Source: Eledone cirrhosa (taxonomy: Eukaryota). From it: a stretch of 64,000 bases of DNA. Location: NCBI GenBank assembly GCA_964016885.1, contig OZ024742.1, positions 98,580,001 to 98,644,000 on the forward strand, given 5' to 3'. The position numbers and the translations under genes were made by a program. The notes beneath the pieces were generated by a model, which worked only from the letters and a program-made list of their open reading frames with translations, did no database searches and was not told where the DNA came from. Shown here one piece after another: positions 42,278 through 55,692 of this stretch; the first letter of the stretch is position 1, and each line of letters starts with the position of its first letter.

Positions 42278-42556
42278 TCTAGTTTCCCATTTCATCAGCC
42301 TATCTTTGTAATAATACCATAATGGAAAATGCTTGTCTTATTCTAGTGATGTCACTGTGAAAAATGTATTTGTTCAAAATGTTCTTTTCCTATCTAAAGT
42401 GGTAGTGCTGGTACCACAATAGAATGTACCTAATATGCTTTATAAAGTAGTAGTGCTGGTGTCATGATAAAACCTACATACATACATACATACATACATA
42501 CATACATACATACATACATACATACATAATACATACATACATACATACATACATAC

Positions 42557-42967
42557 ATGGGGGCTGCCAACTCGTTTTCGAGTACGGCCACTACTTTATA
42601 TCCATGTAAGAGAACTGCTACCGATGCACTGAACGAGTGTGACTTTATAGTCCAGCCAGCGACTTGAAAACTCTGGTACAAACACTACACTTGTGACAAT
42701 TACTGACACATAGTGCTGGGCCCATGGTACCATGTGACGACAAGTGCAGAGAGATCTCCAGATATAAAGTAATGCCTGTGCCGTGAAGCTTTTATAGTGA
42801 GCAAAGGCACTGTACAAAGCCAGTCCCACTCTCTTAACCAAGATGATATTTACCAAAAAGAAGATCCAGTCAACATCATTGGATACCATCAGGGTTGCAG
42901 GTGTTATACCAGAGTTTTCCTTCTCCTAGAATTCTGCCTTCACAAAGGCTAGGGGGTCATCTCTCAC
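42557..42967 (-). mobile_element. Family R element, 5'-truncated, in (CATA)n
   Basis: High identity to 39180-39590; (CATA)n on both sides. Confidence 0.85.
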
Positions 42968-43195
42968 ATACATACATACATACAATTAATTACAGAGTAA
43001 AACACTCATATATACATGCATACAAAACTACACAAGTATGAATATGTATAGTATATATGTATATATGTATTCTTACATGGTTACCCACACCTTCACGCAT
43101 AAATATGAATATTCACTTGCAGACATTAATGTACATATGATTGCTCACACATTACACCAGTATACATATGCACAAACCAAAAAAAGCACACACAG

Positions 43196-43296
<101 letters not shown>

Positions 43297-43875
43297 TTAT
43301 TGATTGATTTAAGTACATAATAAACAACATAATATATTCCATTACGAAAGGTTTCAAGAAACTAGACGATCCTTACAGAAACGTGCAGACCGTTCATCAG
43401 ATGAAATGGTTTGGTAATGGAATAATTATATCGTGTTGTCTATTAACTATTGCTATGAAGCTTACAAATATAACACACCAAAATATTATGTAATTAAATG
43501 GTCTGTACTATACAAGTGTACTGCTCTTTCTTCACCTTTTCTACAGAAATATTTAATATATATATATATATCCGAACTCGGATCTAGCTGTCGAAACAGC
43601 TGGAGCTTAGTTGACAGGGTCCTGAACGTTTTCATATTACCCGCTCCACTACTTCGTACCCTTTGGAGGTCATAGCCATTCAATGGCTATCATCGAAATA
43701 TATATCGAAATACTCATGGGATTACGAGTTCATGCAATTGACTTATGTTTCGTCACTATATATATATATATATATGTGTGTGAAGTAATTCCGTTGGAAA
43801 GGTACAGGATAAAAGAGTGCTCTATGTAGGTTACAGCGCTTACTAGTTATGTAATAAACCAGTTAATATAATTAT

Positions 43876-43933
43876 TTCATTTACCAGTGGTTTCTTGAAA
43901 GCAGATGTATCTGCTTTCAGTCGTCAGAATGAA
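43876..43933 (-). ncRNA. Type I hammerhead ribozyme in a ~250-bp element between (TA)n runs
   Basis: Minus strand TTCATT-CTGACGA-C TGAAAGCAGA(TACA)TCTGCTTTCA A-GAAA-CCA C TGG-TA^AATGAA: 6-bp stem I, 10-bp stem II with a mismatched closing pair, GUA site. Confidence 0.8.
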
Positions 43934-44026
43934 TAAAACATGGTGTTTTTAATAAATGTGGATTTGAAAACAAAATATAAGAAATATGCAAGTGGGGCTG
44001 AGGAAAAAACGGGCGAAGAAGAAAAG

Positions 44027-44090
<64 letters not shown>

Positions 44091-44230
44091 GTGAGGTTTT
44101 TTACAAAATGAAAAATAACTAATGGTGTCCTACACGAGTGAATGTATAAAGAAAAAAAGTTGAAATCGAATATACAACTGGGGTCTTATTTTAAAAAAGC
44201 TATAAATATTATATATATTTATTTGGTTCG

Positions 44231-44262
44231 TTTACCGGTTTCGCAGTTCTGCTTTTCAAAAG
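44231..44262 (-). ncRNA. Minimal hammerhead-like motif, U3-A8 core variant
   Basis: Minus strand TT-TTGAAAA-GCAG(AA)CTGC-GAAA-CCGG-TA^AA followed by AATAAA; stem I is only about 2 bp. Confidence 0.5.
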
Positions 44263-45045
44263 TAGAGATGAGATGGAGGGTCTGTGGCTTTCACATATAT
44301 AAAATAAATAAATAAACAAACATACACACACTCAACCACGCGCACATACTTAAAAAGTACGTAGACATAAGCTGTCACATAAGCGTAAATGTATCAACCG
44401 ACATGGACAAAATACATGCACATACATACATATACATGAAGTAATAAGAATAAATAAATAAATGAAGAAGAGCAAAAAATATTCAGAGTCAAAAATTTTA
44501 GAAAAATGAAAAAATAAAAAATATACAGAGGATGCGCGTTGACAACGATGAGAGAGGGGAGGGGGAAAAACAAATGAAAATAAACAAATACACGAAGTGT
44601 GCAATAACATCAATATACCTATACGCAACATAAAATAAAATAAAAAAATATATATATACATATATATACATATAAATATATATATATATATGTATATACA
44701 CTAAAATATAAATATTAAAATAAACATACATACACATCCACATACACATACACACGCTTACACACGTATGAAAATAAGCATACAACCAAATATACTAACG
44801 CACACATAAACCCAACAAAAAGAGCGTACAAACGTAATCACATGCGTGCGCGCACTCGCACGTAAAGAACACACGGAGACAAAACCATACGTAAGACTAT
44901 ACATACAAAAACCAAAGCCCTATAATCACCGCATACCCACAACTAAAAACGTAAACACATACATAGAACCATATATAAGTATAATATAAACATAAGTAAA
45001 CTCACACACATAAGTAAAAATACATACAACCCCCCCCCCCCCCCC

Positions 45046-45098
<53 letters not shown>

Positions 45099-45294
45099 AA
45101 TATTCTACGTTATGTAGAGTACAAATCTGTTGTTTTATTTAGCTGCTATTTTTAGTAGCGAGATAGACAATACGTCTATGTTTACTTCCGCTTCTAGTAA
45201 GGGCTGGTTCATGCATAGGTCAAGTTTACGGCCCCATTCGATCCTGTGCTAGCTGGCAGATGGCAATATATTTAGCCGTTCCCGGTAAGGAAAA

Positions 45295-45377
45295 TGCTCA
45301 CTGATGATCCGAACATTTCCATTGGAGGTCCCTAGGGAACTCCAATCTTTTGTAAGGTGAAACCGTCGGTAAAGGCA
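45295..45377 (+). ncRNA. Hammerhead-like motif (partly decayed) in a (TA)n-flanked element 45096-45462
   Basis: CTGATGA (45301) - long stem II containing ATTGGAG/CTCCAAT - GAAA-CCG T CGG-TA; stem I imperfect. Confidence 0.5.
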
Positions 45378-45462
45378 AATGGAATAGGTAAATAGTTAAA
45401 TTTTATTTTTTTATTTATTTTAAAAAGCTGTTTGAATCTTGTTTGCTCCGCTTATCTCAATT

Positions 45463-45499
<37 letters not shown>

Positions 45500-45525
45500 T
45501 ATATATATATATAAATACATACGCA

Positions 45526-45573
<48 letters not shown>

Positions 45574-45584
45574 AGTAAGTAAGT

Positions 45585-45677
45585 CCCCGACGGCTGAGCT
45601 CAAGCCGTTTCGACGGCTAATTCTGTACTGAATGAAAAATCAGTTCTGGTATTTAAATAGCCGAACTTGTCAAGGGG
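45585..45677 (-). ncRNA. Type I hammerhead ribozyme, U3-A8 variant with long stem III (parent of family F2)
   Basis: Minus strand CCCC-TTGACAA-GTTCGGCTA...TAGCCGTC-GAAA-CGGCT(TGAGCTC)AGCCG-TC^GGGG: stem I CCCC/GGGG, canonical GUC site. Confidence 0.8.
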
Positions 45678-46007
45678 CAATTCCATATATGGTCAAAGAG
45701 ATAATCACCAGGATTGGTCATCCCGCAAGGTAGTAGTAATGCTGCGATGGCAAGTTGGTGGGGGAGGTAGCCAAACCTGCCAGTAGGAGAAAAGGGGAGA
45801 GGGGGCGGAGTAGTCCCATTCATGCGTTGGTGGTGCCAGCTACAGCTGGGTGTGAGGTCAAAGAGGACGCCGGGGAGGGGGAGGGGAGGAGGTCAAAACG
45901 GTAAGTAGAACGATGAAAATGTAAAACTGTAAAAGGTACTGAGAGAGAAAAGAAATATAAGCAGAATCTGGTTACTAAGACTTAATTCTCTCGCTATTGC
46001 TAGGCTG

Positions 46008-46340
46008 AAGAAATACATAAATAGGTAAATAAGAAATACAAAAATAATATTCCACATAAGTAAATAAGAAATACATAAATAATATTCCACATAAGTAAAT
46101 AAGAAATACATGAATAATATTCCACATAAGTAAATAAGAAATACATGAATAATATTCCACATAAGTAAATAAGAAATACATGAATAATATTCCACATAAG
46201 TAAATAAGAAATACATAAGTAATATTCCACATAAGTAAATAAGAAATACGTAAATAATATTCCACATAAGTAAATAAGAAATACATATGTAATATTCCAC
46301 ATAAGTAAATAAGAAATACATAAAGAATATTCCACAAGAA
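46008..46340. repeat. 35-bp minisatellite, about 9 copies
   Basis: Unit AATATTCCACATAAGTAAATAAGAAATACATGAAT, with AATATTCC recurring every 35 nt from 46046 to 46326. Confidence 0.95.
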
Positions 46341-46502
46341 AAACATAAATGAGTAAATAAACAAATAAGTGAGTAAAAGGATGGATAGATAGATTTAAAA
46401 AAAAAATATATATATATGTATATATATAATGTAGAATAAAAAGAATAAGAAAACAAATGATAATGATAGAAAAAAACACCTAGGTGTGATGGAGATAAAG
46501 GG

Positions 46503-46663
<161 letters not shown>

Positions 46664-46689
46664 GTAGATAGATAGATAGATATACACGG

Positions 46690-47627
46690 GTGTGCATGAT
46701 TTTGTATAGAAGATTATATTAATAAGAGGAATTCCAACTTTGTCTGATTTACTCGTATATGAAAACAAAAACTGGAAAAAATATTCCCAAATGCAAATAT
46801 GAACTGCAAAATCAGAAATCTAATTTACTGCATTAAATGCCCGAATTGTGAAGAACTATATGTCGGTCACACTGGAAATGCACTATCAGAACGTGCACGG
46901 GTACACCGTCAGCAAATCAGAGATCCAAATGTCCGTCCGATACCCCTAAGTAACTATCTAGCAACATGTGGTCAGGGAATATTTATAATATTCCCATTCT
47001 ACAAATTACACAGCCTAAGTGAAATCAAGAGAAAAATCAAAGAAAAGAATTGTATTGATAAACTCTAACCCAAGCTAAATGAACAATAATAATGCTTAGG
47101 GGTATTACTTCTACTATGACTATGACTACGACCATGTCGACTACGACCACAAACGACAACAACAACAATAATAATAATAATAATAAAAGTGATGTTGATG
47201 GTGATGATTACTAGAAAATGCCATTTTCATCATTTCTAAAAATAGCAGAACAATTGATGCTTTGGATAGGATCAATTAGTGGTCGTTAGACATGCTCAAC
47301 CAACCGTGACGCCTAAACCAATCAGCTTTAGTAATTCAGTGAAACTACACACCGATTGGTCGAAATACAGTTTGCAAGATTTAGCATTCTGGAGACACTT
47401 TTCACTGTATATAAGGTACAAAATTTACCCATCTCATTACAGTTGAAAATTGCAATCTTGACTGTCACCACACATTATGAACCTGAAGATTGCGAAAGCA
47501 TGAAAGTACTTGTTCAATTAACACTTAACATTTAATATTCTATCATACTATTTCATTATAATACCATTATAAATTTTAAAGGATTGTAAATAAAACGAGT
47601 AAATCAGACAAAGTTGGATTCCTCTTA

Positions 47628-47630
<3 letters not shown>
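46690..47630 (+). mobile_element. 5'-truncated PLE: GIY-YIG + 3' UTR with HHR
   Basis: MNCKIRNLIYCIKCPNCEELYVGHTGNALSERARVHRQQI (46799-47068); flanked by microsatellites. Confidence 0.85.
47478..47516 (+). ncRNA. Minimal type I hammerhead ribozyme
   Basis: TGAAC-CTGAAGA-T TGC(GAAA)GCA T-GAAA-GTAC-TT^GTTCA: 5-bp stem I, palindromic stem III (AGTACT). Confidence 0.8.
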
Positions 47631-47664
<34 letters not shown>

Positions 47665-47669
47665 CTACC

Positions 47670-47765
<96 letters not shown>

Positions 47766-48172
47766 CACACACATACATACGTACACATACATACATATAT
47801 ACGTATACTGACACATATACACACATATATAAATATATATATACATATATATATACGTATACACACACACACTTATATATGTATATATATATATAATAAA
47901 ACATGTCTATAGAATCACCAGATAAAATATATACCATTTCCTCTCCCAATTAGCATAATTAACCATATAAAAAATCGATTAGACCAAGCTACAAGAATAA
48001 AGGCTTCTATGAAGAAATCTCCGACAAATAACCGAAAGCAGCCCTTCGTGGCGGTTGCGACGGAATATTTATCGAGTATTTCGACAGCGTGTATAAATCG
48101 TCCAGATATACAGTCAACTAAACAAAATTAGGTGTAAAATAAACTAGGAGAAAAGTGAACATATTTAGTTAC

Positions 48173-48246
48173 CTCTACCATGGTTTCGTCCGCATTTTAA
48201 GATATCCGATAAGATCGGACATATGGAGCATCGGACTCTTCAGGAG
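48173..48246 (-). ncRNA. Type I hammerhead ribozyme (mirror copy)
   Basis: Reverse complement of 48869-48942 with few changes. Confidence 0.8.
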
Positions 48247-48868
48247 TTAGCTCAAATTTAGACAATACATTTCACCAAAGTGATCGCGCCAAGAATACAT
48301 TAAAAATGGCTAAGAATCGTGACGTAACAGTGGTCAGGTTCCAAAGAATGTGATTAGTTGCTTACGGCTGGTGGCCTTTTGCTAGAAAGCACAGCAAAAT
48401 ACAGCCAAAATTGTATCTCAACCTAACGGGATATTATTACATAAAGTTTTACATATATATATATATATACATATATATATGTGTTTCGCAACGGGCCACT
48501 TTGTGGCTCAATGAATAGTTAATAAATTAAATAATCAGAGCTATATATCATAAAACATGTCTATAGAATCACCAGATAAAATATATACCATTTCCTCTCC
48601 CAATTAGCATAATTAACCATATAAAAAATTGATTAGACAAAGCTATAAGAATAAAGGCTTCTATGAAGAAATCTCCAACAAATAACCGAAAGCAGCCCTT
48701 CGCGGCGGTTGCGACGGAATATTTATCGAGCATTTCGACAGCGTGTATAAATCGTCCAGATATACAGTCAACTAAATAATATAAGGTGTAAAAATTAGGT
48801 GTAAAATAAATTGAATGTATTCTTGGCGCGATCACTTTGGGAAAATTTATTGTCTAAATTTGAGCTAA

Positions 48869-48942
48869 CTCCTGAAGAGTCCGGTGCTCCATATGTCCGA
48901 TGTTATCGGATATCTTAAAATGCGGACGAAACCATGGTAGAG
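48869..48942 (+). ncRNA. Type I hammerhead ribozyme
   Basis: CTC-CTGAAGA-GTCCG...CGGAC-GAAA-CCATGG-TA^GAG; palindromic stem III ACCATGGT; extended stem II. Confidence 0.85.
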
Positions 48943-49258
48943 GTAACTAAATATGTTCACTTTTCTCCTAGTTTATTTTACACCTAATTTTGTTTAGTTG
49001 ACTGTATATCTGGACGATTTATACACGCTGTCGAAATACTCGATAAATATTCCGTCGCAAGCGCCGCGAAGGGCTGCTTTATTCTTATAGCTTGGTCTAA
49101 TCGATTTTTTATATGGTTAATTATGCTAATTGGGAGAGGAAATGGTATATATTTAATCTGGTGATTCTATAGACATGTTTTATGATATATAGCTCTTGTT
49201 ATTTAATTTATTAACTATTCATTGATCCACAAAGTGACCCGTTGCAAAACACGTATAT

Positions 49259-49456
<198 letters not shown>

Positions 49457-49559
49457 TATATATGTGTGTGTAAACCTTTATATATATATGTGTGTGTGTT
49501 TATATATAAATATATACGCACATACACACACACACACACATGTACAAAAGAATAATCAA

Positions 49560-50280
49560 AATACTATAAATTTAAGTACACATGAGTCTCTCTGCGAATG
49601 CGCCCGCCCACAGCCCTATGTGAGAACATAAAAACATATTGGGTAAGTGAGGACAAGAGGGGAGTAAAATTGAAATAATAAACACAATTATTAAGAATCG
49701 GTAAGGGAGAAATGTATACGATGAGATCTAGATAAGAGTATCTGGTTAAAGAGTGAACTGAGTAAAGGATAAAGATGGTGGGTGTGTATGTGTAACGGGT
49801 AAGGTAGAAAGTAGGGGGAATATAAGTCAACTGAAAACATTTATTAGAATAGGTAAAAAATAGTAAATATAAGGAGATGTAGAAGTAGTTGAGGGAGAAA
49901 AAGGTAAGGAATGTGAGGTCAGAGAGTAATAATATTCGTAATGAGTAAAGAAGAAGCTCAAGGTGGTTGAGTCTTCGTAGGAATGTCAATCCAGTTAAAA
50001 AGTAGATGTGATTTCAGATGTGGACAACATTTGAAGTTCTCGGTCTTGTAGTTGAGGCAAATGGAAGGGGCTTTCAAATTTCAGAGAATTCTAAATTTTT
50101 CCGTGGTGCACAAAGTGGCTCTTTAGTATTCTCTTGACTGGTCTAAAATAAAACAATCAACAGTGTACGGTAAGTTTTTCGTCTTTGAATTCCCACACTT
50201 TATTTGCGAGGGCCGTTGCTGTTCTTTTTTCAGGGTGTTTAAAAGAAGCGACATGTGCATAATACCTGGTTTTAAATCTG
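49560..50280 (-). mobile_element. PLE 3' fragment (GIY-YIG C-terminus + UTR)
   Basis: RFKTRYYAHVASFKHPEKRTATALANKVWEFKD matches FKTRYNSH..F / FKSRFNNH..F..TSL..LW.LK in the 57313 and 61026 ORFs. Confidence 0.75.
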
Positions 50281-50388
<108 letters not shown>

Positions 50389-50530
50389 GAGTTTATGTTG
50401 GTTGTATACCAACACCTCACTATGCAGGCTGGAGCACTCAACGGAGTGCGCAGGTTGGTTTGGTTACTCCGGAGTAGTGTAAAATAAAGTTAAATAAAAG
50501 TCAAATGATTAAGATTTAGCTTCGTTTATT

Positions 50531-50585
50531 ACTGCTATATATATTTCAGTGACAGCCATCTTTGGCTGTGACCTCGTCAGGCAGT
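50531..50585 (-). ncRNA. Type I hammerhead ribozyme (mirror copy, CTGACGA core)
   Basis: Reverse complement of 50644-50698, differing at the variable N7 position. Confidence 0.85.
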
Positions 50586-50643
50586 TTGAATTAGTATGGT
50601 ATAGACAAGTACATATGTTGTTGTCTATACCATACTAATTCAA

Positions 50644-50698
50644 ACTGCCTGAAGAGGTCACAGCCAAAGATGGCTGTCACTGAAATATATATAGCAGT
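50644..50698 (+). ncRNA. Type I hammerhead ribozyme
   Basis: ACTGC-CTGAAGA-GGTCACAGCCA(AAGA)TGGCTGTCACT-GAAA-TATATA-TA^GCAGT, immediately followed by AATAAA. Confidence 0.85.
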
Positions 50699-50742
50699 AA
50701 TAAACGAAGCTAAATTTTAATCATTTGACTTTTATTTAACTT

Positions 50743-50802
<60 letters not shown>

Positions 50803-50807
<5 letters not shown>

Positions 50808-50991
50808 AAAAAGTATGACCCCGATGGCAGAGCTCAAGCCGTTTCGACGGTTATTTCCAGAAATAGCCGTCGAAACGGCTTAAGATCTGCCTTCGGGGTC
50901 ATACTCTTTCCTATGTCCCACTCTACTACCCTAAGTATTGAGTACTCTGCTGCGTTATGGTCCATCTGTATCCTTACCACAATTCCTTTGG
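50803..50991 (+). mobile_element. Family F2 fold-back mini-element
   Basis: ~55-bp arms around a 2-nt loop, plus an ~80-nt tail matching 26290-26370; (TA)n flanks. Confidence 0.85.
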
Positions 50992-51150
50992 TATATATAT
51001 ATATATATATATATGCACACACTTATCAAACTTATCCGGGGTAATTGCAATGAATTTTAATATATATATATATTAGTGTGGGTGAATATGCGAAAATACT
51101 TGTTTATAAATTCATATACGTATGCATAAATGCTTCTAACAGTCTATGTA

Positions 51151-51208
<58 letters not shown>

Positions 51209-51339
51209 CATACATGTGTGTGTGTGTTTGAGTGTGTGTGTGTGGGTGTGACTGCGCATGTCTATGTTTGTGTGTTTGTAAATATGGATATATATGAATA
51301 TGTATATATGTATATATGTATATATATATATATTTATAT

Positions 51340-51374
<35 letters not shown>

Positions 51375-51549
51375 TATATATATCAGTGTGTGTATATACA
51401 CATTGCGTGCATGTTTGTGCATTAGATCGGCATGAGACTTCAAATGAAATTAGAACCTAAAAACACGAATTTTGATCTATATGTTTATGCGTGCATGTGC
51501 GAATATACATATATATATATATATACATACGCACACACACACACACTCA

Positions 51550-51701
<152 letters not shown>

Positions 51702-51710
51702 TATATACAG

Positions 51711-51769
<59 letters not shown>

Positions 51770-51785
51770 TATATATATATATATA

Positions 51786-51875
<90 letters not shown>

Positions 51876-52350
51876 CATATGTGGTAGTCGAACCATTCAT
51901 GTAAATTCCATTAATCTACAGATGTCATCTACAGAGATATTTAGCCAACGTGAGATTCTTAGTCTGAACTGCATTAAAGAATTGAATTTTTTCACATTGA
52001 TATAGGCCTCAGTTGTGCTCGCCACTGAAAGCAAAGGGAATCACATTGTGGTTTAGAATAAAGCATGACAAATAAAAGTATAAACGAACAAGCAAAAGTG
52101 CCCTTCACATCATGACTGCTTCCCTAATTTCTGATTCGTGCAAACAGTGATATTTGCATGGAAGTAAGTGATGTATCATTGTCCACAAAATTACACAAAT
52201 TAATGCATCTGCATTCCGTATTCAATTTGGTTTTGCTTTTGACATTTTTAGTTGTTCGAATATATACGTATATATATATATATATATAATATATATATAT
52301 ATGTATGTGTGTGCGCGCGCGCGTGTGTATGTGTGTGTGAGTATGTCTGT

Positions 52351-52395
<45 letters not shown>

Positions 52396-52400
52396 CGTAC

Positions 52401-52443
<43 letters not shown>

Positions 52444-53069
52444 TATATATACACGTGTGTGTGTGTGTGTCTGTGTTTGTGTAAATATGCATAAAATGTG
52501 TATTTACGCTTAAGCCGCTGAGAATTTATACATTGTGTGAAAGTGTTGAAAATGTCTATTGTCTTGAATGACGAGGTGCTCTCCAGCCACGTACGACTTC
52601 ATCGTTCGTGTCCAGTGTGGGCTGGCAACGTGACATGACTTGTGCTTTTACACAATTTACAACAATGAGAGATATTCATACCTCAACATTAGTTCTTTTG
52701 TGTTCTGAAACATCGCAGAATCTAATAGCATGGGAATTTCTCATGTTTGATGAAGGTGTCGATGTGGGAGAGGATGGTGGATTGTCTGCCTTGGAAGAGC
52801 ATGTCAATAAAGAAAACTGTTGCATACTGACACACACACACCATCACATGCTATATATAATCAGAATCAGATAGTGGATCTAATGCCATAGCGGATCGAG
52901 ACAACTTTTGAACTTTGGTCCAAACGGATGCAGAATTTAATATTGGTGAACGTAGAATAAAATGTTTTTCCTATCCTTTAAAAATATCCAATTAAACAGT
53001 ATGGCAACGATGGACATGATCTCATGACCTAGCTGTTGATAATCGAATATCTAACTAAATCATCTATCT

Positions 53070-54250
53070 TACGTCAAGTCTTTTTGGTCTGCCGCTGGAC
53101 GGTTAATTAACGACAAAGATGCCAACCGAGTAAAGAATGAAGCATACAAACTTGCATTGGCAATATGTCCGCTTTCTTGCACTTGCGGTACAAGCATGTT
53201 CGAAAAGTCGCAGCAGAGAGAGATAGTAAAGACTTCCAAAGTTAAGACATGGAAGGACTTTGGTGTTAGGCTAGAATCCGACTTCAGATCAATAGCTAGT
53301 GCTATGGCAGACCATTCACCAACTTCGTTATAAGACTTCTTCCTCCACACCTACTATCAGTAATGCGTCAAGGGTTATTCTCTCTTGAGGTAGATGCTTC
53401 ATCGTGAGGTGGTGAGAAAACACTTCTGATCACCTTAACGCAATCGGAACAGCATCTTGTTATGTATACGAGGTGTATCTGGGAGCGGTGTCAGTTCTAA
53501 AGGCTAAGATCACAAGATCAATTAAGAACCTCAAATGTGGCAATCCTTAAATAGAGAAGTTATTCTCTGACTGACATAGCACATGTGTGCTTGTTGGTCT
53601 GGATCTCTGGAAAGGCACCTAAACAATGTCAATCAGGTGTGATAATCCCAATTTTTAAAAAAGAAAGACAATAGAGATTGCTCCAATTATAGAGGTATCT
53701 CCTTGTTAATCCACCCCGGTAAAATCTATGCTAAGTCTCTGGCAAAGAAAAACAGGGATATTGTCGAAACCAAGATAGCTGATAATAACCAGATGCCGCA
53801 AAGTCGACCAAATATTCACGCTGTGAGGAAACGTTGGAGTGCTGCCAAGTCCTGTATTCTTTCTTCGCAGACCACAAACGTTCATACGACGGCGTTCTAT
53901 AGGACCTACTGTGAAAGTTTCTGCAGGAGTATGGGATTGTTTGACAACTTTCTGTTGTCCCGATGTTTCTAGTATTTGGTCTAGTATTTGTGTTCATATA
54001 AATGGTGCTAAATTGAAAACATTCAATGGTGGCGTCGGGATCCACCACGTTAGCGTACTGTCACATCTCTTGTACATAATCTTCACGAACTGGATGGACA
54101 TGCGCAACCGACTAGTATTTGTAGAAAAGATCTCCGACATGCACTTGTTAGATTTGATTCCATGTTGAGCAAGGCAAGAATGAAAATCAGTACTGCGAAG
54201 ACTAAGACACGTGTTCTTTAATGGAATATTGCGCAGTGCAACTAGATGTT
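53070..54250 (+). pseudogene. Decayed RTE-like LINE RT region
   Basis: PIFKK..CSNYRGISLL..PGKIYAK (53645-53735), DQIFTL, MKISTAKT; many stops. Confidence 0.75.
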
Positions 54251-55692
54251 AAACAATCTGGCGTATGCGTGGAATTCCAATTGTACGCATACGGGTGATA
54301 AAAGAGGTCACGCATTTTTCCCTTCCCCGAAATATCTCTTTCCCCTCGGAAAACCCCCCTGTCGATGGATGTTAAATCGTAAATATAGGGACGAATAAAT
54401 CTCTTTTAAGGTAACTCTATCTCTGGTTTTATTTTTACGGATTTTGTTAGGTTCCCTACATCTCTTTTTAAGTTTCTTCCTACTTTTCTCTCCTCCGTCT
54501 ACCACTTGAGTTTGTTGCACGGAGATTTACCCATCTGCATTTTAAAGGCTTCGGAAACGACTACTATTATAAGTATATATATATATATATGTGACCGAAT
54601 ATTTTCCCTTTCCACACATCTGTGCCGGCTGTATATCTGCCATACATTTCTTTAACTCGTCGAACCTTCTTTTATTTTTTATTGTAGATTTTAGGTGTAT
54701 ATCCCAGACCGCCTATGGTGATAAATCCCCTGGGTATAGGTTTTGGAAAAATAGTGTTATCTCACTTAGCGTTCGGAACTGGAACATATCGAAGTGGTTC
54801 GTCCGGTACGGATATGATAAGGAGAATCGATCTGTTACAAGGCGATATAATTGTAGTACAGCATCCCTCATATGGACTATCATACATGTAAGGCTGCATT
54901 ACTGCTAACCAACAATTCTTTTCACACTCATGCTTGCGAACTTTCTTGATCTGCCTGTAGACCCTCTTTTTGCACTGCTTGTGATTTGATGCATCTATGC
55001 TTTTATTTGTCTTATATATTGGGGGGGGGGGGGTTCCGGGCTTTCTATTCCTTTATTGTTACGTATTTTTGTATTTATCTCTTTTCTTACCCCTGTATTT
55101 TTGTACTTTTTTATTATATTTTTTGTTAATTTCTTATATTTTCTGATTGTTTCTGTTCATGCTGAGTAATACCCTCACTCATCCTTTGCTACCCTCTCCC
55201 AACCTCTTTATCATCTATTGCACCATTTAAGTGATACGTTTGGAATTTTTAATTTTTAAATTTTTAAGACATTTTATGACATTATGTGCATCATGTATTC
55301 TGTCTTTTTCCATATAGCGCTAGCCTCGGGAGCCCCCTGCTGGTCATTTAACCTTGTTCTGGTGACGCAGCTCGTGTTTATAGGCTATGAGGATTATTGT
55401 CATGGTGTATGCATGAAACACTGTTAGCTAATAAAACAATGTATTTCTAAGCACTCTTTTGTTATTCCTATAAATATAACGGCTCTGTAGTATACTAGTT
55501 ATCCTACTTGAGCTAAGACCACACTGTCATACCAAAGACAACATATCTACATGTCTGGGCATATTGATATATTTGTCAACGAAATATAGCGGGTCACATT
55601 CGGTTGAGCTAAAAAATATAACCACTGTGCACATATATGCATTAGTAGATCTATGCAACTATAGACGCACACTGGTGTATAAACTTGACAGT

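Larger units (their letters stand above)
47897..49252. mobile_element. Tandem plus inverted array of a PLE pseudo-LTR-like unit
   Basis: 47897-48140 is repeated directly at ~48551-48812; 48815-49252 is the reverse complement of the 47897-48302 unit plus the 48481-48550 tail; (TA)n between and around units. Confidence 0.85.

Noticed and set aside
46008-46340. CRISPR-like array (about 30-nt conserved repeat) and the overlapping 291-aa ORF
   Set aside because: The intervals are only ~5 nt and not unique spacers, there are no cas genes, and the context is eukaryotic; the ORF is repeat read-through.
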